From: Eledone cirrhosa
Taxonomy: Eukaryota
Assembly (NCBI GenBank): GCA_964016885.1
Contig: OZ024760.1
Location: 10,540,001-10,604,000 of the forward strand
Direction of reading: 5' to 3'
Length of the DNA: 64,000 nt
Every line of letters begins with the position of its first letter. The stretch's first letter is position 1. Shown here one piece after another: positions 25,905 through 38,619 of this stretch. The notes beneath the pieces are model-generated. The model was given only the letters and a program-made list of their open reading frames with translations, did not search any database and was not told the DNA's origin. Both the position numbers and the translations under genes were made by a program.

Positions 25905-26519
25905 GGTGATCCGATTAGCATGGGAGGGGGGTGTTCCGAGGCCATAATATCTAGAATATGGACGGGTTGGAAGAAGTGTAGGGAGCTACTTCCTCTGCTG
26001 AGGAAGAAGGGTTTCTCCCTGCGTATGAATGGCCGGTTGTATGATGCCTGTGTGAGGTGCGCAATGCTGCATGGTAGTGAGACATGGGCAGCAACTGCAG
26101 AGGATATGCGACAGCTGGAGAGAAATGAAGCAAGCATGCTCTGTTGGATGTGCAATGTCAATGTGATTGAACAACCGAGCATGGATGTGTTGAGAGAGAA
26201 ACTGTGTTTAAGAGGGATAAGTTGTAGTGTGCGGGAGAGAAGACTGCGATGGTATGGACATGTGATGCGCATGGAGGATGACCGCTGGATAAAGAAGTGC
26301 CAAGAAATGCCAGTTGAAGGAAGATGTAGTAGAGGAAGACCATTAAAAACATGGGCGGAGGTGGTGAGAGCAGACCTGCGCGGAGGTGGTGAGAGCAGAC
26401 CTCAGATCACTGAGGCTCACGGTGGAGATGACGAAGGACCCTGACAAGTGAAGAGATGCTGTGCTGAATAGGACCCATCCCACCCTTGCAAGCAGACGTA
26501 AAATGATGATGATGATGAT

Positions 26520-26521
<2 letters not shown>
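25905..26521 (+). mobile_element. RTE LINE 3' fragment
   Basis: GGCSEA..SRI..GWKK.RELLPLL...GRLY.ACVR.AML.GSETWA...LRWYGHV.R...RGRP.KTW; (ATG)n tail. Confidence 0.88.
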
Positions 26522-26556
<35 letters not shown>

Positions 26557-27594
26557 ACAGAACACACTCACTGTTTGGTTGGTTTTCGCTTCTGTATCTT
26601 TTATATCTCCATAGTTAATTCATTTGGCCATCAATGTTTACCATTGACTGACCAACGGTCAAAAATACAGATATAATATAGATATAAACACATATATATA
26701 GTCTAACAAAGTTCTTTCATTGCACATCTGCAACATCATCAGTGGTGCTATCATGTTCCTCCTCTTGTATTGTATGTCTACGCCATTTTTATTTTATCTG
26801 ATTAAACAGATAAAATTTTATCTGTTTCCTAACTCAAACCACGTTTACAATGTGGAACTGGGTAGAACCATTATTAGGAGAGTCTGGCCAGTTGGCTGCA
26901 CTGAGTCTTGCTCAGAGTCGTGCCATGTTACTGGGTGGTCCTGGTATGAGACAAGTCTAGTCAGGGGTTCGCAACCATACTCTGCATATAATGGACCAAC
27001 AGACCCACAACAGACCCACATCTTCCACTGCCCTCAATATCAGAACTTACCTATAACGTTAGACAAATGTCGATTTCTTCAAAGAAAGGTCCAGGCTTGG
27101 AGAGTCTTCATTATAGGCATGACGACGACGACAACAACAACAACAGCAGCAGCAGCAACAACATCGACAACAACAACACCATCCCCACCACCACCAACAA
27201 CAACACCATCCCCACCACCACCACCAACAACACCATCCCCACCACCACCACCAACAACACCATCCCCACCACCAACAACACCATCCCCACCATCCAACAA
27301 CAACACCATCCCCACCACCAACAACAACACCATCCCCACCACCAACAACACCATCCCCACCACCACCAACACCATCCCCACCACCACCACCAACAACACC
27401 ATCCCCACCACCAACAACACAATTTCTACCAACACTGCCATCATCATCATCATCACCACCACCACCACCACCACCACCAACACCACCAACACCAACAACA
27501 ACAACAACAACAATACCAACGTTAACATAGTAAAGAAGAAAGAAAGAAGAAAAGAAAGAAGATAAGAAAGAAGATATGAGTAAGAGATCCTTAC

Positions 27595-27889
27595 TGTGAG
27601 TATTTTTATAAGTTTCCATGACGATGTTGCGTATAACCCCACCACTGATGTAAGGTTCCTTAAAGTGTGCAGTGTCACGAATGGTGAAGTTGTTTCCAGT
27701 CGCCATTTTACTGAGAGCTTCAGCCGTCTCAAGCCAGATGGGGCGACTGCCAACCACGATGGAGAAGTGGTACCAGTGAAAATGTTTGAGGAGAGCAATA
27801 ATAGATTCACTTACTTTAGAGGTCAACGGTTGAGTCCGGGTAAATGTGAGCAGTTGTTTCTCCTTCATTTCAACCTCTTCAGAACATTT
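27595..27889 (-). CDS. Receptor guanylyl cyclase exon 2 (extracellular domain)
   Basis: ttacAG acceptor; KCSEEV...TFTRTQP...LLKHFHWYHFSIV...ETYKNTH; donor GTAAGG. Confidence 0.9.
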
Positions 27890-28990
27890 CTGTAACGGAA
27901 TGAGCACAAAAGTGCAATACATGACATGACATAAATTGGGCTTACATCTTATGTTGTAAACACCTTCGGAGTGTCTCTGTAAAGAAGGACAAGACAGGAC
28001 ATATTAGATAAAGTGGGCTAACATCTTATGTTGTAAACACCTTCAGAGTGTCTCTGTAAAGGACAAGACCAGACATATTAGATAAAGTGGGCTAACATCT
28101 TATGTTGTAAACACCTTCAAAGGGTCTCTGTAAAGGAGGACAAGACCAGACATATTAGATAAAGTGGGCTAACAACACTATGACTACCAACAATAACACC
28201 ACCTCAAACAACACCACCATCCCCACCACTAACAACAACACCAACAACAACACCACCACCAATACCACTAACACCACCGCCAACAACAACAACACCAACA
28301 CCAACAGACACATCAGACAGACTGGTTGTCAGACAGATCAGACAGACTGGTTGTCAGACACATCAGACAGACTGCTTGTCTGTCACATCAGACATACAGG
28401 TTGTCTGACACATCAGACAGACTGGTTGTCAGACACATCAGACATACAGGTTGTCAGAAACATCAGACATACAGGTTGTCTGTCACATCAGACAGACTGG
28501 TTGTCAGACATATCAGACAGCAGGTTGTCAGACACATCAGACAGACATCAGGTTGTCTGACACATCAGACAGACTGGTTGTCCGACACATCAGACAGACA
28601 TGAGGTTGTCTGACACACCAGACAGACAGCAGATTGTCAGACACATCAGACAGACAGCAGGTTGTCTGACACACCAGACAGACAGCAGGTTGTCTGACAC
28701 ACCAGACAGACTGGTTGTCTGATACCTCAACTGCTTTTCAGATATGTTTTCTCATTAAGTGTCTGACACCTCTTTAACCCGTTTACCCGTTAATCTGGTT
28801 AATTGTTAACTCTATTACCCATTAACCCAATTACCTGTTAACCTGGTTGCTTGTTAACCTGATTACCCCTTAACCTGGATAATTGTGAACCTGATTACCT
28901 GTTAACCCGATTACCCCTTAACCCTATTACCTATTAACCTGATTATCTGCCTCAACTTTCCTTTAAGAAACAAGAGAAATATATACTTAC

Positions 28991-29563
28991 ATATGAGATC
29001 ATTGGAATATTCCATGCTGTGGCAATGACCCCTTCGTAGTTACACGTATCTTCAGGTCCAATGAAGGCAGACACTCCCTTTCTATACAGTTCTGTCATGG
29101 CTTTTAAAGCTATCAAAGAATCTCCTTTAGCATCTCCATAGAGGAAGCCGAACTTTATACCATTCCTGATGAAGTCTTTACCCTTGTTGACATCTTCAAT
29201 AGCTGTCGTCAGTGCTCCAGCTGATCTTTTGCCACCACCTCCGAGAAGCATGGCCGGCAGGAACCCAAGCCAAATTGTTTTATTTGGTAAAGATAGGGAA
29301 TAAGTTGAAATATAAGCAAAGTCCACATCTGGCACTGAATGTCCGGAGGGTTGAAAGTGGGCAGCCAAACTAAGGTTAAAGGTCATCACAAAGAAGAAAA
29401 CCTGACATATATTTCTAGATGAAGGTAAAAAATCAATGGCTTTGAACTTTCTTTGGCTGGTATTTCTTGTGGTCAACTGGCTCCATCTCTTGGATGTTAG
29501 GAAGGTTCCCATGCAGAATAGTCGGAGCTTTTCGTTTATTTTACTCCAATTTCTGTGTTCCAT
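28991..29563 (-). CDS. Receptor (membrane) guanylyl cyclase, Gyc32E/NPR-like; coding exon 1 (signal peptide + start of ANF-receptor ligand-binding domain)
   Basis: ATG at 29563; hydrophobic stretch VFFFVMTFNLSLAA; motif AFIGPEDTC..E...A.AWNIPMISY; donor GTAAGT after 28991. Exact start Met uncertain. Confidence 0.85.
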
Positions 29564-31636
29564 TATTGGTTAATTTGTAATTTTTTGTCATTCCAAAATA
29601 ATTTGTACTGCGTATATAAAGTGTTTTATGAGGTGGACATTATATACACACACATATATATATATCAGAAAAAGATAATAAAATAATGCAACTTGTATAT
29701 ATATATATATACAAACACATATATATATATATATATATAGAGGGGGGAAGGCAGACAGAGCTGTATTATATAGTTACAGAGTAATGTAATTGCAGAGAAA
29801 AATCTATACAAGAGTGTTAAGTTGAAAGCTACATATCAAGTTGTACAGATTGTAACATTTGGTATTTATGGGGGTAAATATATAAAGAGATATTTAAACA
29901 AGTAATGCTATAAGTAGAGATGATAAATGAATGTTTATCTAGAAATATATTGAGTTATTTAGAATATAATGATGGTAAAGATATCACTGGACTCAACTAG
30001 AGTTAAATAAGCTAAGCTTAGGGCCACGCCCACTCCGAGGGCCTCATTTTAAAAAATATATTTTTATCATTAGTTTTTATTCTTTAACATTATATATAAA
30101 ATTATAATATATATATATGTGTGTGTGTGTATAAAGAACAAAATGAGATTTCAATGCAATAAAAGCCTCAATATAAAACCTTGTTTTGTTCTTAATATAA
30201 ACAACAGTATTGAGTGCTAATATTGGTACCTTCTTCAGTAAACCACAAATCACTTAATATATGTGAGAACACATATCTGAAGAGCTGCTGATTCCAGAGT
30301 CAGGAAATGAACATTATTCAATCATTCCTCGAGCTGATTGACAATGAAACACATGTAATATGTAATTAAATATGTATATGATGCAACACTGATTCTTTGT
30401 TCCCTACTTATTATTATTGATACTCTGCACCCCAAGAGCATCGAGTGTTCGTCTTGGCATACCACCTGTGAATGGCCTCAAATTCCATACCATTTAGGGT
30501 CTCAGTGGGTGAAAGTCTGGCTCTGACTTTAACCCTTTAGCATTTAAACCGGCTGCATCCGGCCAGAATTCTCTCACCTCTTTTTGTTCAAACCGGCCAA
30601 GGTATTTAACTCAAAATAAATAATATCAAAACATCAAAGATTCCATATTATGTGAGATAATTATGTAAGATAAAGCCTTTACCATGAAAATATAATAGTA
30701 AATATAGAGTAATGTGAATATTATGTGAGATAATTATGTAAGATAAAGCCTTTACCATGAAAATATAATAGTAAATATAGAGTAATGTGAATGTTATGTG
30801 AGATAATTATGTAAGATAAAGCCTTTACCATGAAAATATAATAGTAAATATAGAGTAATGGGAAGAATTTGGAGGGATTTAATAAAATTATTCATTATTT
30901 CATTATTAAGATGGTATTTGTAATATAATTTAACAGAATGATTTTATATAACATTTTGTGAGGACATTTTAATTTAGATAGGAACCTTTTAAAATGGGTG
31001 GTTCTGTTTTATAAAAACAGAGGTGTTTTTGAACTGGTTGGTATAAAAAGGGTTATAGATATGGTCTATGATAAATATAGGTTATATATATACAAGAAAT
31101 GTTTTTAAAGAAATTTGTTTAGAAAAAAATTGAGTTGCTTATATACAATGATGATATAGAAATCTTTTTAAAGATTGGGTCTGGAAACAATACTGACTTG
31201 TATTTTGATAAAATTATGATTATACAAGGTTTGACTGAAAAGTTCATAGCCTGTCCCTGGAAAGAAACAATGCAGTTATTAATAAGAAGAGTTGAAATTA
31301 TTGCATGCAAGATTTCACAGTTCTAGCATCTCTCATTCACAGTCAGCCTAAGAACTTTTCAGTCGACCCTCATATAAGTTGCTTATAAAGATATTTGTCT
31401 GGAACAATGTTGAGTTATTTTTATAGAATGATTATATAAATTGTTTTAAAACATTCCGTAAACATATTTTCAACTTTGGCTTTTGTAATATTTTCCAAAT
31501 CTCTGTGAATGGTTCCTCAGTTGTTATTTGAAGGAGGAAAGGCCAACCAAATGTTACCTCTAGAAACCTCTTTAACTCTCGTTGAAGTGAACAATTTCTC
31601 TCTCCCTCTCTGTCTCTCTCTCTATATATATGTATG

Positions 31637-31675
<39 letters not shown>

Positions 31676-32647
31676 TTTTTCAAGAATTAAACCAGTGACA
31701 TAATAATGGAAGTTAAACTGCCTTTTTTCTTTTTTCTTTTCTTTATCTGTGTTCGGGGTTTCCAACACCATAAAATACACTGAAGAGAGAAAAAAAAAGA
31801 GAATAGGAAATCTTTTTTTTTTTTTTTTTTTTTTGTGTGTTTTTAGTGAGAATTCAAAATAAAATATTTCAACAAAACAACAGAATTTCAGGCTATTAAA
31901 AGGGTGGCTTAGGCTCTCAACCCTATTTCTAGATTGTTATGTTTAATATTTACATCTTCACTTTCACTTTTTACTTTTCCCATAAGTCCTGAGGAGGTTG
32001 TAGAGGCTAGACGTAGTGTGTTTCTAGGAGATTTTTAAAACCTGGTGGAGCCCATCTCCTCTCCACGTGAAATAAAGTGTCTTGCTCAAGAACGCAACGC
32101 AAAGCCTGGTCTGAGAATCGAACGCACAACGCCCTGATTGTAAGTCTGATTCTTTAACCAATAAGTCATGTACCTTCACGATGATAATAATATGGTTTGG
32201 TAGTTTCAGTAGAGGGTCGGACACCATGCTTTGCAGCATAGAGTTACGGCACTTTATGGTCTGAGTTCAAATCCTGCAGAGGTTAACTTTGTCTTTCATC
32301 CTTACGCGGTCAATAAAATAAAGTACCAGTAATACACTGGGATAATTGCTGGCCTTGTGCCAAAAGTAGAAACAATTATTATATATAATAAATATACTTT
32401 CAATACAATAGAAACAACACAAAAAAACCACACTGCACATAACCGAGGTGCGCACAAAGTAGTAGTAGTAGTGGTAGTAGTAGTAGTAGTAGTGGTAACA
32501 ATAATGATGATGATGATGATGATGATAACAGCAAACAACTCACCTTAGAACTGCTAGAACACTGAGGCAAAAGTGCTTGACAACTGTTGGTCTATTCCTG
32601 GGTCTTGATTGATTTGATAATATTATCTAATTGATAAAGGCGGTGAA

Positions 32648-32911
32648 TTGGCAGTATCGGTGGAGGGTCGGACACCATGGCAGTATCGGTAGAGGGTCGG
32701 ACACCATGGCAGTATCGGTAGAGGGTCGGACACCATGGCAGTATCGTTGGAGGGTCAGACACCATGGCAGTATCGTTGGAGGGTCGGACACCATGGCAGT
32801 ATCAGTAAAGGGTCGGACACCATGGCAGTATCGGTAGAGGGTCGGACACCATGGCAGTATCAGTAGAGGGTCGGACACCATGGCAGTATCAGTAGAGGGT
32901 CGTACACCATG
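32648..32911 (+). repeat. 29-bp tandem amplification (~9x) of the SINE 5' head
   Basis: atggcagtatcggtagagggtcggacacc repeated, then a normal SINE body to ~33060; TSD ttatctaattgat on both sides. Confidence 0.92.
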
Positions 32912-33381
32912 CTTTGACGCATAGAGTTACGGCCCTTGCCATTCTCAGTTCAAATCCAACCAAGGTTGACTTTGCCTTTCATCCTTACGGGGTCGATAAC
33001 ATAAAGTACCAGTAATGTACTGGGTAATTGCTGGCCTTGTGCCTAACGTAGAAACAATTATCTAATTGATGAAGTAGCCATCATATTCTGATAACGAGGG
33101 AAGCTTTTAACGACGTATTTCTGAATGACATATACCTGTTAACGATGTATACCTGCTTGAAATCTGAGATAACATAATTATGTTGGGCAGTTCAGTGTGT
33201 GTGTGTAATGTGTGTGTAGTGTATGTGTGTGTGAGTATGTGTGTGTATATATGTGTGTGCGTAGTGTATATGATATGTGTGTATGTGTGTGTGTAACGTG
33301 TGTGTGTGTAATGTGCATATAGTGTATATATATGAGTGTATGTATGTGTAGTGTATATATATATATGTGTGTATATGTGTA

Positions 33382-33416
<35 letters not shown>

Positions 33417-33583
33417 TATGTGTGTAGTGTATATATATATATATATGTGTGTATGTGTAGTGTATATATATATATATATATATATGTGTAAGTGTGTATG
33501 TGTAGTGTATATATATATATATATATGTGTGTGTGTATGTGTAGTGTATATATATATATATATGTGTGTGTGTATGTGTAGTG

Positions 33584-33614
<31 letters not shown>

Positions 33615-33671
33615 ATGTGTAGTGTATATATATATATTTTTAGACCCAATATTTTTAGACCCAATCTGCCA

Positions 33672-33711
<40 letters not shown>

Positions 33712-36639
33712 TGGCAGATTGGGTCTAAAAATATTAGTTGCCAGGAGATAAGGAGGCCCACTCACATATAGAATGCTATCATTTAATTTTTATAATGAAC
33801 AAATAACATTTTCAATAAAGACATAAGTAAAAACAAATCAGTGCAATCAAATTTTTGCAGGGAAAAAATGTAGATTTATTTTACTAATTATAGTGTATAT
33901 ATTACTGTACATATTACTGGTAGTATACAGTAATACTAAATATTAATACATAATGAAGGTGCATATATGGAGGTGCATGGCTTAGTGGTTAGAGCATTGG
34001 GCTTGCAATCGAAAGGCTGTGAGTTCAATTGTCAGACCAGGTGATGTGTTGTATCCTTGAGCAAGACACTTTATTTCACATTGCTCCAGTTTACTCAGCT
34101 GTAGAAATGAGATGATAGGACTGGGGTCGTGGAGATGCCATGGCAAAAAAGCACCCAGCCCACACCGTAAAGTGGACATGTAGGTGCCACGGAAAAAAAG
34201 CTGGATGCCCTTCCTAACACCAACCTCATTTACAGCGTGGGCTGGGTGCTTTTTTTCCATGTCACCTCCACGTCCACTTTACAGCGTGGGCTGGATGTTT
34301 TTTTGCTGTGGCACCTCCACGACCACTTTACAGTGAGTGCTGGGTGCTATTTTGCCGTGTATCCTCCATGACCACTTTACAGTGAGTGCTAGGTGCTTTT
34401 TTGCCATGGCTCCTCCACGACCACTTTACAGTGAGTGCTGGGTGCTTTTTTGCCGTGGCTCCTCCACGACCACTTTGCAGTGGAATGATAGGGACTCTAG
34501 TCCCTATCATCTCATTTCTACAGCTGAGTAAACTGGAGCAATGTGAAATAAAGTGTCTTGCTCAAGGAAACAACACATTACCCGGTCCTAGAATTGAACT
34601 CACAACCTTTCGATTGCAAGCCCAATGCTCTAACCACTAAGCCATTCACCTGAGTACCAATACTAGCTGAGGTTTAACCCTGCAATTGACTGATGTCTTG
34701 TTGGAGCCCGTGTACTCTCAGTCACTACACAAGGAAACCAGGATAAACAACAATCTAATGAGCCTCTGGGATTGAGACAGACTTCAATCCTGCAATGGAC
34801 TGGCATCCTGTCCAGGGAGAAGTCTTGTACTCTCATACACATACACACATATACATACACTGTGCACACACTCATACACACACACAGACTTTAGACTTAA
34901 AAGGAGGGTACAATGGAGGTAGGTAGAAGAGAGAATAACACATTAGATACATCCACTGAAATATGACAGGGTGGTCATGGTTGGGTTACTTAGATAATAA
35001 GTCAGTTTAACGATTTTCTTACTATAGGTGGATTGGCAGTATGGGTAGAGGGTCGGACGCCATGCTTTGAAGCATAGAGTTACGTCCCTTTATGATCTGA
35101 GTTCAAATCCCGCCGAGGTTAACTTTGCCTTTCATCCTTACGGGGTCGATAAAATAAAGTACCAGTAATGTACTGGGTAATTGCTGGCCTTGTGCCTAAA
35201 GTAGAAACAATTATTTAGTGAAATATACTGCCTGTGTGTCTTAATTTTGAAAATAAAACATTTGGAGTGATTTAATAAAATAACTAATGTTTTCATTTAG
35301 CCTTTGCTTTCCATCCTTACGCGATTGATAAAATAATTGTTTCTACTTTTGGCACAAGGCCAGCAATCACCCAGTACATCACTGGTACTTTATTTTATCG
35401 ACCCCGTAAGGATGAAAGGCAAAGTTAACCTTGGCGGGATTTGAACTCAGAATGGCGATCGATAAAATAATGTACCAGTAATCCATTGGGTAATTGCTCG
35501 CCTTGTGCCAAAAGTAGAAACAATTATTATTTCAAATCCTGTTGAAGTTAACTTTGCCTTTTACCCTAACGGGGGTCGATAAAATAAATTTATTTCTTCT
35601 TCCACCAAAATAAATACACTCATGCTTCCCGAAATAGCCAAAACTACACCTGATGTACCCCTTCCATACACATGCACACATGTATGTATCATGACTCGTG
35701 CACTGTTCATTTTCCTGATGTTTGTGCATTGCCCTATTTACTGTACATGCACTTTTTGATGAGTTGTGGTGCACCTGAGCACTGTACACAATATTTCATT
35801 ATTGTTGTTATTCTTCTTCTTCTTCTTATTATTATTATATCATGACTCTTGCACTGTTCATTTTCCTGACATTTGTACATTATTCTATGTACTATACATG
35901 CACCTTTGATGAGTTGTAGTGCACCTGAGCACTGTACACAATAATTTCATTATTATGATAGTAAGTGGGATATGGGAGTTAGTACAACATGTAGGGGGAA
36001 AATTTTCTGTTTTAAATTTTACTTAATTAGTCACAAAAATTGTTCGGCATAGGGCCATAGCAAAGTAGTTTGCAAGGATGGGGGAAGAGAGTGTGTGTGG
36101 GGGTTGAGACCCCTGATTTAAAGGTTGGCTTTGTCATCGACACTAACAGGGTACATTTTTTTTTCTCCATAAGTTTCCAATAGTTACGATAACGTTACCG
36201 TGGTGATTAACAAATATTTCAAGAATTTTTCATGGCATCCGAACCATTGATTGTCACCAGTGAGGACAGGGTGTGTGTGTGTGTGTGGGGGGGGGGATAT
36301 TCAGATATTCAAAAAACTTCCGCTGTTGCCATAGAAACATTGTCGTCTTATTCTACAAAAGGTCACATTCTACAGGAGTGAATGAGAGACATAGAGAATA
36401 AATATTGACATTGCTTTGATGAGGCACAATGTAACATTTGTATGTGTACATGGTGAGGAAGTGGGTAGGTGATGTTGGGGAACTTAACCCAAGTATATTA
36501 CTGGGATTTCAGCTCACCAGTTTCACTCGACTACTAGGGGCAGCCTCAGATGCTCTGCTGGATTGAGGCCCTACCTGTCAAAACTGTATCATTAGCTTAG
36601 ACCCTCTCTGTGATATAACAGTGTAGCTACATGTGATAT

Positions 36640-37030
36640 AGCAGTACGGTTACATGTGGCATAGGATAGATATAGCAGTATGGTTACATGTGGCATAGGA
36701 TAGATATAGCAGTATCGTTACATGTAGTATAGGATAGATATAGCAGTATGGTTACATGTGGCATAGGATAGATATAGCAGTATGGTTACATGTAGTATAG
36801 GATAGATATAGCAGTATGGTTACATGTGGCATAGGATAGATATAGTAGTATGGTTACATGTGGCATAGGATAGATATAGCAGTATGGTTACATGTGGCAT
36901 AGGATAGATATAGCAGTATGGTTACATGTGGCATAGGATAGATATATCAGTATGGTTACATGTGGCATAGGATAGATATAGCTGTATGGTTACATGTGGC
37001 ATAGGATGGACATAGCAGTATAGCTACATG
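36640..37030. repeat. 34-bp minisatellite, ~11 copies
   Basis: ggttacatgtggcataggatagatatagcagtat. Confidence 0.93.
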
Positions 37031-37372
37031 TGGTATACAGCAGTAATATAATAATATAGCTACATGTGGTGTAGGACAGATACAACAGTATAGCTACATA
37101 TAGTATACAACATGTTGTATTACAGACATTTCCAAATGGAAGGTTGACTTCGCTATTTTCATCTTGTAGATGAAAATAGAAGATTGAGATGTTGAGTAGC
37201 TTCTTGTTCGTCGTTACCCAAAAAGTAAACTTGAAGGAATGTTGGTTCCTCATTAGGCTGGGGGAGTAAACTGCCAATTAAATGGTAGGATGTTAAATGT
37301 TGTGAAATAACCAGTCAGTATGATCTTTTTCAGGTCCCAAGGTCGTCATCTGAAGTGCAGCTATATACCGCA

Positions 37373-37722
37373 TATGGAGGCACATGGCTTAGTGGTTAGA
37401 GCATTGGCCTTGCAATCGAAAGGTTGTGCGTTCAATTCTCAGACTGGGTGATGTGTTGTTTCCTTGAGCAAGACACTTTATTTCACATTGCTCCAGTTTA
37501 CTCAGCTGTAGAAATGAGATGATATGGACTTGATTCCCTATCATTCCACTGCAAAGTGGTCGTGGAGGTGCCACGGCAAAAGAGCAGCCAGCACTCACTG
37601 TAAATGAGGTTGGTGTTAGGAAGGGCATCCAGCTGTAGAAATCAAGCCAGAATCAGTTCCCATCCCACCCTTGCAAGCAGGGAAAAAGCGGACGTAAAAT
37701 GAAATGATGATGATGATGATGA
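37373..37722 (+). mobile_element. Full-length ~350-bp tRNA-derived SINE (CORE-like middle, RTE-shared 3' tail). Other copies at about 10697-11003(-), 43497-43836(-), 33966-34650 (composite), 7680-7822(-), 48098-48480
   Basis: Head tggcttagtggttagagc...gttcaattct; ccttgagcaagacacttta; tail ccttgcaagcagggaaaaagcggacgtaaaa(tga)n. Confidence 0.85.
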
Positions 37723-37724
37723 TA

Positions 37725-37920
37725 CCGTATAACATTGCTTTGTTAGTATGGTCTGCAAGCAGTATACGAATAACAGACGGAGGGTCTTCTATCAGTGGAA
37801 ACCTGACCTGCCCTCCTAAACAACACATGCCAAGTGTTTCTGCTTTCCATTTTCTCACTCTACAACTACTGCATATAATACCCATGCTACCTACTGCAAC
37901 TTTAGCATCATTTCTATAAT
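37725..37920 (-). mobile_element. Helitron N-terminal Cys-rich fragment
   Basis: G..C..C...KW..E..GMCC..GQV..P....PP..I..LL. Confidence 0.65.
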
Positions 37921-37925
37921 TTCTT

Positions 37926-38001
<76 letters not shown>

Positions 38002-38319
38002 CCAGCGTTCGTTGCCATTCTCTCTCTCTCTCTCTATCTGAATATCTAACACTTTAATTGTACCTCTCTCTGTATAATGGCCTATCTCCCTCTCCCTCTG
38101 TGTGTCTCTCTCTCTTTAGAGAGAGAGACACACAGAGGGAGAGAAAGAGAAACATATAGACATAGACATATATAGAGAGAGAGAGAAACACAGATAGACA
38201 AGCAGACAGAGAGAGAGAGAGAGAGAGAGACAAGCAGGCAAAGACAGACAGAGAAACACAGATAGGCAGAGAAAAAGAAAAAGAGAAACAGAGACAAAGA
38301 GAGAGAGATAGAGAGAGAC

Positions 38320-38367
<48 letters not shown>

Positions 38368-38418
38368 TTAATATAGATGAGATTCTACAGGACTAGAACT
38401 GTTTCATTCTTTAGAAAT

Positions 38419-38515
<97 letters not shown>

Positions 38516-38619
38516 ATTAGATTATGAAACCAAAATAAAATGAGTTTTATTTCCAACATTGTGAAATCAATAACACCCCCCCCCCCCCCCCAAGCTGTTG
38601 ACCTTCTGTCTTAATTAGA

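Noticed and set aside
26560-26690. Hairpin-rich unit ending in GAAA near (TA)n, also at 40455-40660
   Set aside because: No CUGANGA core; better explained as a short TIR element
28770-28950. Telomere-like TTAACC/TTACCC repeats
   Set aside because: Degenerate ~19-bp minisatellite, not (TTAGGG)n; no evidence of a chromosome end
30140-30320. CTGAAGA...GAAA hammerhead-like strings on both strands (also 41815, 48479, 60705)
   Set aside because: No convincing stem I/stem III or NUH triplet in register
32544-32625. Possible GC 5'-UTR exon (AG|GTGAGT donor on -); similar candidate WASH1 first-exon donor at ~53642
   Set aside because: Splice-site matches alone are not sufficient evidence
37373-37450. 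tRNA gene-like sequence
   Set aside because: Head of a multi-copy SINE continuing into SINE body and tail; no complete cloverleaf
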